From contig CAZWOC010000004.1 in NCBI GenBank assembly GCA_964635655.1, forward strand, positions 29,521-93,520: a DNA stretch of 64,000 bases. Reading direction: 5' to 3'. The notes under the pieces were generated by a model, which saw only the letters and a list, made by a program, of their open reading frames with translations, was not told the DNA's origin and searched no databases. Positions 28,195 through 36,461 of this stretch are shown here, piece after piece. Made by a program: the position numbers and the translations under genes. Each line of letters begins with the position of its first letter. The first letter of the stretch is position 1. This DNA is from an uncultured Rikenella sp. (GTDB lineage: Bacteria; Bacteroidota; Bacteroidia; Bacteroidales; VadinHA17).

Positions 28195-29232
28195 ATGCAA
28201 GCAAGAGTTTTGACCTTTGGAGAAATTATGCTCAGATTGTCAACTGAGCGTTATGAACGTTTCAGTCAGGCCGGTAGTTACAAGGCCACATTCGGGGGAG
28301 GTGAAGCCAATGTGGCAGTCTCCCTGGCAAATTTCGGGCTGAATACTGACTTCATTACACGCCTTCCCGACAATGACATCGGCCAGGCTTGCCTGATGGA
28401 TTTGCGCCGTTACAATGTGGGAACATCACGGATCATCATCGGAGGTGACAGGCTGGGGATCTACTTCATTGAAACAGGTGCAGTCGCTCGTGGAAGCAAA
28501 GTCATTTATGATCGCGCCCATTCTTCAATCTCGGAAATAAATCCAGGAATGCTGAATTGGGATGATATCATGGAAGGTGCCACCTGGTTCCATTGGACAG
28601 GTATTACCCCTGCAATTTCCGAAGGTGCAGCAGAAGTCTGCAAGGAGGCGATAGCAACAGCCAACCGCAAAGGAATAACTGTATCAGTAGATCTGAATTA
28701 CAGGAAGAATTTGTGGAAATGGGGGAAAAAAGCCTCTGAAGTAATGCCTGAACTGGTAGCCGGTTGCGATATAATCCTGGGAAATGAAGAAGACGCTGAA
28801 ATGGTCTTTGGAATTCGTCCTGATGGTGTTGATGTTTTAAGTGGAAATATTAAAGCCTCTGCATATGAATCGGTATGCCGTCAATTGATGGCGAGGTTCC
28901 CCAGGGCCAAAAAAGTGATTATTACACTGAGAGGTTCCATCAACGCAAATCATAATACCTGGGGCGGAGTTCTCTTCGATGGCAACAAATTACTTGAATC
29001 CAGGAATTATGATATTTCTCACATAGTTGACAGAGTTGGGGGTGGCGACAGTTTTATGGCCGGGTTAATTTATGGCCTGATCAGTTTCCCGGGCGACGAT
29101 CAGTTCGCTCTGGATTTTGCAGTTGCCGCTTCCTGCCTCAAGCATACAATACATGGAGATTTTAATCTGGTTTCTGTTAAGGAAGTGGAAAATCTCATGA
29201 AAGGGAATGCATCAGGGCGCGTATCAAGATAA
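28195..29232 (+). CDS. kdgK: 2-dehydro-3-deoxygluconokinase (PfkB family)
   Basis: 345 aa. N-terminus VLTFGEIMLRLS and the PfkB signature DRVGGGDSFMAGLIYG. Confidence 0.75.
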   Translation: MQARVLTFGEIMLRLSTERYERFSQAGSYKATFGGGEANVAVSLANFGLNTDFITRLPDNDIGQACLMDLRRYNVGTSRIIIGGDRLGIYFIETGAVARGSKVIYDRAHSSISEINPGMLNWDDIMEGATWFHWTGITPAISEGAAEVCKEAIATANRKGITVSVDLNYRKNLWKWGKKASEVMPELVAGCDIILGNEEDAEMVFGIRPDGVDVLSGNIKASAYESVCRQLMARFPRAKKVIITLRGSINANHNTWGGVLFDGNKLLESRNYDISHIVDRVGGGDSFMAGLIYGLISFPGDDQFALDFAVAASCLKHTIHGDFNLVSVKEVENLMKGNASGRVSR

Positions 29233-29381
29233 GTAGAGGATAAACCGGGAATTCCCTGACGGACCGGAGACCCTCTGCAACCAGAAAAGTTGCATTCGCC
29301 CCCGGATGGCAAAATCATTCAGGGGTATCATTATGACTGATAGAATATTGAAGTATAAATATCTAATCGACAACCCTGCTG

Positions 29382-30716
29382 ATGAATATAAAAAGATCAG
29401 GATCTGCTCATAAAGCACCTGTTAATAAGAAAATTACCGACGCCAACACCAGTCTTCACCTGATACAGCCTGACTATGGTTTTCCTTATGAAAGCCCGTC
29501 ACCTGAAAGTATTGAAGAAAGGCTTGATCGAATGCTCCTGTTTCTTGACAGAGAGACTCCTGCTGGTCTTGTCAATCAGGCCGGAGGAGATCCGGTCAAA
29601 GATTTTTCAGACATAACCAGGGACTCTCAGTTTACACCAGGCGCGTTCAGGGTTGTGAGTTATGAAATAGGAATTCTGTACTCAGCAATGCTTAAGGCCT
29701 CTGAAGCCCTGAACAACGAAAAATTCGCAGATTTTGCTTTCAGAAGATTAGACCTTATTGCAGAAACGTCTCCATGGTTTAAAAGACTCGAAGAAGAAAA
29801 ACCAGAATACTCCTCCCCTGTTCATTCAGTTCTGCATCCCGGATCATTGGATGATGCCGGCACAATGGCAGCGGCACTGATCAGGGCAGACAAGATGAGG
29901 AAAAACAGTGCTTACTCTCCTCTTATTGATAATTATACTGATTTTGTTTGCAACAACCAATTTCGCCTTAGTGACGGCACTTTTGCAAGGAACCGCCCTT
30001 ATGCCAAAACTCTCTGGATAGATGATCTTTATATGAGTGTTTCCCTGTTGTCACAGTCAGGATTGACTACAGGTGATAATACCTATTTTGATGAAGCAGT
30101 TAAACAGGTTATTTTATTCTCAGATAAGATGTTTAACCGTGATCTGGGGTTGTTTGCACACGGATGGGGCCAAAACGCACCTTACCGCCCGAAATTTTAC
30201 TGGGGGCGAGCTAATGGCTGGGCACTTATGGCAATGACAGAATTATTGGATACACTCCCTGAGTCGTACAAAGACAGGGATACTATTCTGGACTTGTTTA
30301 TTTCTCATTTAAAAGGTATAACAGCAGTACAATCCGGATCCGGCCTGTGGCACCAGTTGCTGGACAAGAACGATTCCTATACGGAATCATCAGTCTCGGC
30401 TATTACTATCTACTGTATGGCAAAGGCAATAAACAGGGGATTTATTTCTGCAAAGGATTTTGGACCTGCTGCTGTACTTGCATGGAATGCTTTAGCTGAA
30501 CGTATTAATAAAGAAGGACATATTGAAGGAATATGTGTTGGCACAGGGATGGGGTTTGAACCGATGTTTTATTATAACCGTCCGGTAAACGTTTATGCGG
30601 CTCACGGGTACGGACCAACCATAATGGCCGGAACAGAAATCTTAAAGCTTATAAAAAATCATAACATCGTAAACTACGATGGAGCCCTGGTATTTGATTA
30701 TGTTAAATTTGATTAA
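29382..30716 (+). CDS. GH105/GH88-fold unsaturated uronyl hydrolase without a signal peptide (predicted cytoplasmic)
   Basis: 444 aa. Shares blocks with the 10716 gene: LWIDDLYMS vs MWLDGLYMG, WGRANGWALMAMTELLDTLPE vs WGRAMGWFSMAIVDALDFLPE, and GLWHQLLDK vs GGWYQVLDR. The hydrophilic N-terminus has no signal sequence. Confidence 0.7.
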   Translation: MNIKRSGSAHKAPVNKKITDANTSLHLIQPDYGFPYESPSPESIEERLDRMLLFLDRETPAGLVNQAGGDPVKDFSDITRDSQFTPGAFRVVSYEIGILYSAMLKASEALNNEKFADFAFRRLDLIAETSPWFKRLEEEKPEYSSPVHSVLHPGSLDDAGTMAAALIRADKMRKNSAYSPLIDNYTDFVCNNQFRLSDGTFARNRPYAKTLWIDDLYMSVSLLSQSGLTTGDNTYFDEAVKQVILFSDKMFNRDLGLFAHGWGQNAPYRPKFYWGRANGWALMAMTELLDTLPESYKDRDTILDLFISHLKGITAVQSGSGLWHQLLDKNDSYTESSVSAITIYCMAKAINRGFISAKDFGPAAVLAWNALAERINKEGHIEGICVGTGMGFEPMFYYNRPVNVYAAHGYGPTIMAGTEILKLIKNHNIVNYDGALVFDYVKFD

Positions 30717-30777
30717 TACCCGCCTTATTTACTAAAGACACCGAACAATTAAAACTAAATAGAGAGGATCTTTAACC

Positions 30778-32970
30778 ATGTACGGATTAAACTTGATTGA
30801 TATTATAATAATTGTTTTATACTTCATTGCTATTATTGCCATAGGAGTCTGGGCAAGCCTTCGTATAAAAAATCAGGAAGATTATCTGCTGGGAGGCAGG
30901 AAATTTGGAAGACTGGTCCAGACTTTTGCCAGTTTTGGTCAGGCCACATCTGCTGATGGTCCGGTAGGTACCGTAACGACAACTTTCAAGAATGGAGCGG
31001 CCGGAATCTGGAGCTCTCTGTTAATGGTCTTTGCAACACCTATGTACTGGATCACATCGCCCTGGTTAAGAAGAATGCGGGTTCTGACATTAGGCGACTT
31101 CTATGAAGAGCGTTTCGGATCAAAGAAAATGGCTGGTGCATATGCCATTATAGGTGCCATTGGTATGATGGGGCTTATCTCTGTTGGCTATGTGGCGATG
31201 AACAAAACCATCCTGGCAATTACTCCCAAAACGGTTCAGGAATATACTCCTGTTGAAAAGCAGGAGTATGATCGCGCAATGGTACTGAATTCACTTGAGG
31301 AACGTGACTATGTCAGTCTGACTGAGCAGGAACAGGCACAGCTTAAAGAATTGAGGATTGAACAGCCCAGGTCAGTCTTCTCATATTTCAATGAGTCAGT
31401 AGTTGTCTGGATTGTCTGCCTTGTAATCATCATTTATGCAGTATTTGGCGGATTGGAGGCTGCCTTTTATACTGACATGCTTCAGGGGATCTTCATAATT
31501 ATTCTCTCATTTCTCCTGATCCCCTTCTCCTGGATAAGGATTAAGAATGTATATGGCGCCGGTTCCGGTGACTCGGCATTGAACATTCTGCATGATAAAT
31601 TACCTCAGGCATTTTTTGAAATCTTCGGCTCCCCTACCCTGATTGATTTTACCTGGTATTTTATTATTACAGCATCCCTGGTAGCGGCAGTTACAGTAGT
31701 TACCCAACCAAACCAACTGGTTACAAATGCAGCCGCCAAAGACGAATACTCTGCCCGCTTCGGCATGGTTACAGGTGGTTTTATTAAACGCTTTTGTACA
31801 ATAATGTGGGGTCTGGTCGGGCTTTCTGCTATTTTACTTTATACCGGAAAAGTACATAATCCCGACCTGGTGTGGGGTTATGCAATCCATGATCTGCTGG
31901 GGCCTGCAAAACTTGGTCTTGTCGGTTTTATGATATCTTCAATGATGGCGGCATTAATGTCCACTGCTTCTGCCCTCATGCTTACTGTTTCAGGATTGAT
32001 GCTTCACAATGTATATAAACCTCTGGTACAAGGTAAGTCGGAAAAACACTATGTCTGGGTTGGAAGGATATTCGGCGCCGCCTTCCTTGTAGGCGGAGCC
32101 CTTATCGCTACGCAGTTCGACAGTATACTTGAGATCCTGAAATTCATATGGGAGTTCTTTGTGATATTTGCAGCAGCATTCTGGCTTGGCCTGAAATGGA
32201 GACGTGCTAACAGGCAGGGAGCCTGGACTTCAATCCTGGTTACTCTTTTCGTTTTCTATATTTTGCCGGTAATTATCCCGATGTTGATTCCTTCCATAAA
32301 GCAAAATCCCGAATTGTTGCTTCAAACCGAACCTGCTCCTATCATGCGTACCTACACTGCCCGTGATACTGATGTTACAGACCGCATGAAGGAGATTACT
32401 CACTGGAACCTGATGAACGAGGCGGGAACTGCTATAGGGGAATGTCCTGCAGAACTGAAAGCAGGTGATACATTCTCAAAAACATATGAGCTCCCGACCA
32501 AAGCTATCTTCTGGTCAAAACAGCCCTCAATAAAGGATGACGGCTCTCTTGAAGCCCGCGGTTATCTCTTCCCTGAATTGTTGCTTCTACACAAAATGGG
32601 GGTGCCTTTGAATCACAAACCATATGCTTTGAATGAAACAGTCAGGATGCTCATCAGACTTATCTTCCCGTTCATCCTCATGATCATTGTGGCATTACTT
32701 ACAAAACCACAAAATGATGAAAAAACAATGCGCTTTTTCCTTAAAATGAGGACACGCGTTCGTGGCCTTGGGGCAGAGGTTGACAAAAATGACCTGAAAG
32801 AAGCATATGCTAATCCTGAAAAGACAAAATCAATCCTGGCTTTTCCGAATACCTCCCTTGAAATCTATAAATGGGACAAACAGGATCTTATCGGGTTCCT
32901 GGTTTCAATTGTAGTTGTGTTGGTGGTTATCGGAACTCTGTTTTTCTTCGTTAATCTTGGAGGAAACTAA
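30778..32970 (+). CDS. Sodium:solute symporter (SSS) family transporter, unusually long (730 aa)
   Basis: Multi-TM protein whose N-terminus (EDYLLGGRKFG) is typical of the SSS family. Two hydrophilic insertions lie at about aa 150-205 and aa 506-622. Confidence 0.7.
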   Translation: MYGLNLIDIIIIVLYFIAIIAIGVWASLRIKNQEDYLLGGRKFGRLVQTFASFGQATSADGPVGTVTTTFKNGAAGIWSSLLMVFATPMYWITSPWLRRMRVLTLGDFYEERFGSKKMAGAYAIIGAIGMMGLISVGYVAMNKTILAITPKTVQEYTPVEKQEYDRAMVLNSLEERDYVSLTEQEQAQLKELRIEQPRSVFSYFNESVVVWIVCLVIIIYAVFGGLEAAFYTDMLQGIFIIILSFLLIPFSWIRIKNVYGAGSGDSALNILHDKLPQAFFEIFGSPTLIDFTWYFIITASLVAAVTVVTQPNQLVTNAAAKDEYSARFGMVTGGFIKRFCTIMWGLVGLSAILLYTGKVHNPDLVWGYAIHDLLGPAKLGLVGFMISSMMAALMSTASALMLTVSGLMLHNVYKPLVQGKSEKHYVWVGRIFGAAFLVGGALIATQFDSILEILKFIWEFFVIFAAAFWLGLKWRRANRQGAWTSILVTLFVFYILPVIIPMLIPSIKQNPELLLQTEPAPIMRTYTARDTDVTDRMKEITHWNLMNEAGTAIGECPAELKAGDTFSKTYELPTKAIFWSKQPSIKDDGSLEARGYLFPELLLLHKMGVPLNHKPYALNETVRMLIRLIFPFILMIIVALLTKPQNDEKTMRFFLKMRTRVRGLGAEVDKNDLKEAYANPEKTKSILAFPNTSLEIYKWDKQDLIGFLVSIVVVLVVIGTLFFFVNLGGN

Positions 32971-32985
32971 ATTCCTGCCTGTTGC

Positions 32986-33025
32986 CGGGCAGGCAGCTTA
33001 ATCCTGCCCGACTTCTTGTTTATTG
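32986..33025 (+). terminator. Hairpin with a T-rich tail after the symporter gene (possible terminator or attenuator)
   Basis: CGGGCAGG (32986-32993), 9-nt loop, CCTGCCCG (33003-33010), then ACTTCTTGTTTATTG. Confidence 0.4.
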
Positions 33026-33038
33026 ATTTGTAAAGGCA

Positions 33039-33848
33039 ATGATAAAAGACAATAAAACCGACGTAAGTCTCTTTTTACGCTCTGACCACAAAAAGTATTT
33101 GAGTACGGTCAGTTCAGCATCAGGTGACCTGTTTGAAGCTCTCGGGCATCACGGACCAGCTGTTGAAAATGAATGGATGGGATTAAGGCTCTATTTTAAT
33201 TATAAAACATCCGTTGACCTTTATTCAAAATCAAGGCCAGGCCTTGTACTGCGGGAAACCCGCTGGTATCCTACGCCGGAACAACAAAATAACGGCTGGG
33301 GCGCAGACTATTATATAGTGGGCGAAACAGTCGGCCTTGGAGGTGTACGCTTATGGAATGGTCTGAATGTTCAATTACTGGATCCGGTATCAAACCGTAC
33401 AGCTGTTGTCAACAGGGGTCTCTCCAGTTCATACATGGAAATGATATCTGAAGGGATTCCTTATAATGGAGAAAAAACAGATGTAATGGTAAGGATTACT
33501 GTATTCTCAGGAGAGAGGAATGCTATGGTTGAGGCATTCGCGTTAACAAAATCACCGGTTCAATTTGTAACCGGTCTGAATTATCATGATGGTGTTGAAG
33601 TTGTACAGAAGGATGGCCTGATAGCTACATGGGGAATTCATCCGCCTGATATTGCCGCTGAACCAAACCCCATAGGAGCTGCCGTCATTTACTGTCCGGA
33701 TGACTTCCTGATGAGACAGGATGACGGTAAACAGATACTGCTTATATCCAAACCGACCAGGTACATGAAAACCTATATTTCATCTGCTAACGCAAGAGAA
33801 CCAGAAATCAATACACTTGAAAAATTATTAAGACTCTTCGACAATTAA
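33039..33848 (+). CDS. DUF4861-like protein, short form with no signal peptide
   Basis: 269 aa. Alignable by eye with the C-terminal two thirds of the 5105 lipoprotein. Has no signal sequence and lacks the first ~100 aa. Confidence 0.5.
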   Translation: MIKDNKTDVSLFLRSDHKKYLSTVSSASGDLFEALGHHGPAVENEWMGLRLYFNYKTSVDLYSKSRPGLVLRETRWYPTPEQQNNGWGADYYIVGETVGLGGVRLWNGLNVQLLDPVSNRTAVVNRGLSSSYMEMISEGIPYNGEKTDVMVRITVFSGERNAMVEAFALTKSPVQFVTGLNYHDGVEVVQKDGLIATWGIHPPDIAAEPNPIGAAVIYCPDDFLMRQDDGKQILLISKPTRYMKTYISSANAREPEINTLEKLLRLFDN

Positions 33849-34302
33849 GATCATCCTCTTCGGACTTTCAATAAGATACCAGGTCATCCAATATCTTATC
33901 TTCCCTGTTGGTCAGACATTTTCTTATTATCGGTAATGATGAAGATTTCGGCTAAATGAACCGGAACTATACTCAGGCTAATACTCTGCCAGACCGGATT
34001 ATTTCATTTGGATTAGCTATAAAAAGAAGTATCGGTTTAAAAGAAGCTAATATTACATCATATGTTGATAATAATTCCAAAAGAATATACAGTATGTCTC
34101 CTTACTTTTATTCCTGAGTTATTTAATGAAAGTACCAGTGAATCCACGGTGATTCAAGGAACGAGGTTATTGGGCAGAAATATTGAAATTAAATTACATA
34201 TCATTGAAACAGAGGATTTTAATTTTCTAAGCCGTGTCTGAAGCACTGCCGGAAAAGATAGAAGATTGAGATATTACGTTTAATGCTATTGACCATGTTA
34301 TT

Positions 34303-35217
34303 ATGACAGTTGAAAAAACTAATGCAGCCAAAGTAGATAGCAAATGCAAGGTGCTTTTGAAGGCTTCCGGAGAAGATATATATCAGGACATGCCTTCTGA
34401 GAGAGCAGGGTGGAACCTATTGAATTTCAATGCAAGAGTTATTAAACCAGGGCAAGAATGGAACGGCAGCACCGGTAATAATGAGTATCTATTCGTGCTG
34501 ATGGGTGGCAATTTCGAAGCCATTACCTCCGCCGGAACCTGGAAAACAAAAAATGGTAGAAGAAATCCGTTCAGCGGATTGCCTCATGCTCTTTATCTTC
34601 CGCCACAAACTGAATTTGAAATCAATCCGGTTGGCGGTCCCCTTGATATAGCCTGTGGATGGACTCCTTCAGACAAAATATTTCCTGCCCATTTTATAAC
34701 CCCTGCAGATGTAGAAAACATGGGGATTGAGTTTCGCGGGGGAGACAATGCAAGCCGGCAGATAAACAGCATTTTACCTCCCGGTTCGCAATGCCACCGG
34801 CTGGTATGTGTTGAAGTATATACACCTTCAGGTAACTGGAGCTCCTTCCCTGCCCATAAACATGACAGGAGAAAAACAGATCCCCTGACAGGCAAGCTGA
34901 CGGAAGCTGATCTTGAAGAGATTTATTTTTATAAGACTGAGAAGCCACAGGCCTTTGCATACCAGAAAGTATATAATGATGACCGGAGTCTCAACGAACT
35001 GGCAGAGGCTCACAACAATGATATTGTAATGGTTCCTGAAGGTTACCACCCAGTGGTGGCATGTCACGGATACAACATCTACTACCTTAATTTTCTGGCC
35101 GGAAGTGATCAGAGCCTTGCAAGTACAGATGATCCTGATCATAAGTGGATTTACGGGACATGGAAGGGGATGGATCCAAGGTTACCAATGGTGACTTCTG
35201 ACATGAATGATGCCTGA
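34303..35217 (+). CDS. iolB: 5-deoxy-glucuronate isomerase (IolB; KduI/IolB cupin family)
   Basis: 304 aa. Cupin core with SFPAHKHD ... EEIYFYK ... GYHPV. Adjacent to iolD/iolA/iolE/iolG homologues. Confidence 0.7.
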   Translation: MTVEKTNAAKVDSKCKVLLKASGEDIYQDMPSERAGWNLLNFNARVIKPGQEWNGSTGNNEYLFVLMGGNFEAITSAGTWKTKNGRRNPFSGLPHALYLPPQTEFEINPVGGPLDIACGWTPSDKIFPAHFITPADVENMGIEFRGGDNASRQINSILPPGSQCHRLVCVEVYTPSGNWSSFPAHKHDRRKTDPLTGKLTEADLEEIYFYKTEKPQAFAYQKVYNDDRSLNELAEAHNNDIVMVPEGYHPVVACHGYNIYYLNFLAGSDQSLASTDDPDHKWIYGTWKGMDPRLPMVTSDMNDA

Positions 35218-35338
35218 TGTTATGCAACGGATGGATGAGTGACTCTGGTCCTTGCCATACTTTCGAAGCCCTGCCGCAAGGCACAGCCATATTGTATCAC
35301 AGATGGAATAAAGAATAATTAAACAAATAATCAGAGAC

Positions 35339-36430
35339 ATGATTGAAGAGAAAACACATGAAATCAAGGATTTAAAAAGCGTCCTTCATGAGATGACAAT
35401 GACAACAAAAACTGTTCTTTGGAATGATTCCTGCTCAATAGAAGAGCTGACATGGTCCATTGGCCATGGTGCTATTGGAGCAACCTGCAATCCTGTTATT
35501 GTTGGTTCAGTACTCAAAAAGGAATGGGACCAATGGAAAGACAGGATTCCGGAAATTATCGATCAGTTCCCTACTGCCACTGAGGACGAAATCGCATGGA
35601 AGCTGATTGAAGAGATGTCAATTAAGGCAGCTGCCCTGCTGAAACCTGCATTTGACAGGGAGAAAGGGAAAAACGGCAGGTTGTCAATACAAACAGACCC
35701 GAGGTTATACAGAGATCCTGCCAGGATTCTTGCCCAGACAGAACATTTTAACAGCCTGGCGCCAAACATGATCATAAAAATACCTGTGACAAAAGCAGGA
35801 CTGGAAGCAATTGAGGAAGCTACTTTCAGGGGAATTAGCATCAATGCAACAGTCAGCTTTACACTGCCTCAGGCCTTAGCAGTAGCAGAAGCAGTAGAAA
35901 GAGGTTTGTTCAGACGTGAAAAGAAGGGCCTGGATATAAGTACCATGGGACCCGTTTGTACCATTATGGTCGGAAGGCTTGATGACTGGTTGAGAAATGT
36001 GGCAGACAAGGAAAATCTGACAACCAATCCCGGAGTACTGGAATGGGCCGGTGTTGCAGTAATGAAAAAAGCCTATCGGATTTACCGGGAAAGAGGTTAC
36101 AGAACAAGACTTCTCAGCGCAGCTTTCAGAAATCATCTTCATTGGTCTGAATTTATTGGCGGAGATATGGTGGTTTCACCTCCGGCAAAATGGCAGAAGA
36201 GGTTCATTAATTCCGGGATATCCGTAGAAAACAGGATTGAGAAGCCTGTGGCTCCGGAAATCATTGCCGAGCTTGAAGCAAAATTTCCGGACTTCAGAAA
36301 AGCTTATTATGAGGATGGCATGAAACCTGAAGAATTCGATGAATTCGGAGCAACAGTTAAAACACTCAGGCAATTCTGCCAGGCAACCACAGACCTTATC
36401 GTGGTTGTACGTGACATGATGCTTAAGTAA
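35339..36430 (+). CDS. Transaldolase-family class I aldolase
   Basis: 363 aa. Contains GATCNPVIV and the Schiff-base lysine block MIIKIPVTKAGLEAIEEA, then INATVSFTL. The true start may be an internal Met (MTMTTKTVLWNDS). Confidence 0.75.
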   Translation: MIEEKTHEIKDLKSVLHEMTMTTKTVLWNDSCSIEELTWSIGHGAIGATCNPVIVGSVLKKEWDQWKDRIPEIIDQFPTATEDEIAWKLIEEMSIKAAALLKPAFDREKGKNGRLSIQTDPRLYRDPARILAQTEHFNSLAPNMIIKIPVTKAGLEAIEEATFRGISINATVSFTLPQALAVAEAVERGLFRREKKGLDISTMGPVCTIMVGRLDDWLRNVADKENLTTNPGVLEWAGVAVMKKAYRIYRERGYRTRLLSAAFRNHLHWSEFIGGDMVVSPPAKWQKRFINSGISVENRIEKPVAPEIIAELEAKFPDFRKAYYEDGMKPEEFDEFGATVKTLRQFCQATTDLIVVVRDMMLK

Positions 36431-36461
36431 ACCTATTTGAAATCTGTAAGAAGCTTATAAA

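Noticed and set aside
35339-36430. Reading the transaldolase-family gene as an ordinary pentose-phosphate gene that belongs with gnd and tkt
   Set aside because: Not fully rejected. However, it is 16 kb from gnd/tkt and wedged between iolB and iolD with short gaps, so co-function with the iol genes is the better working hypothesis.
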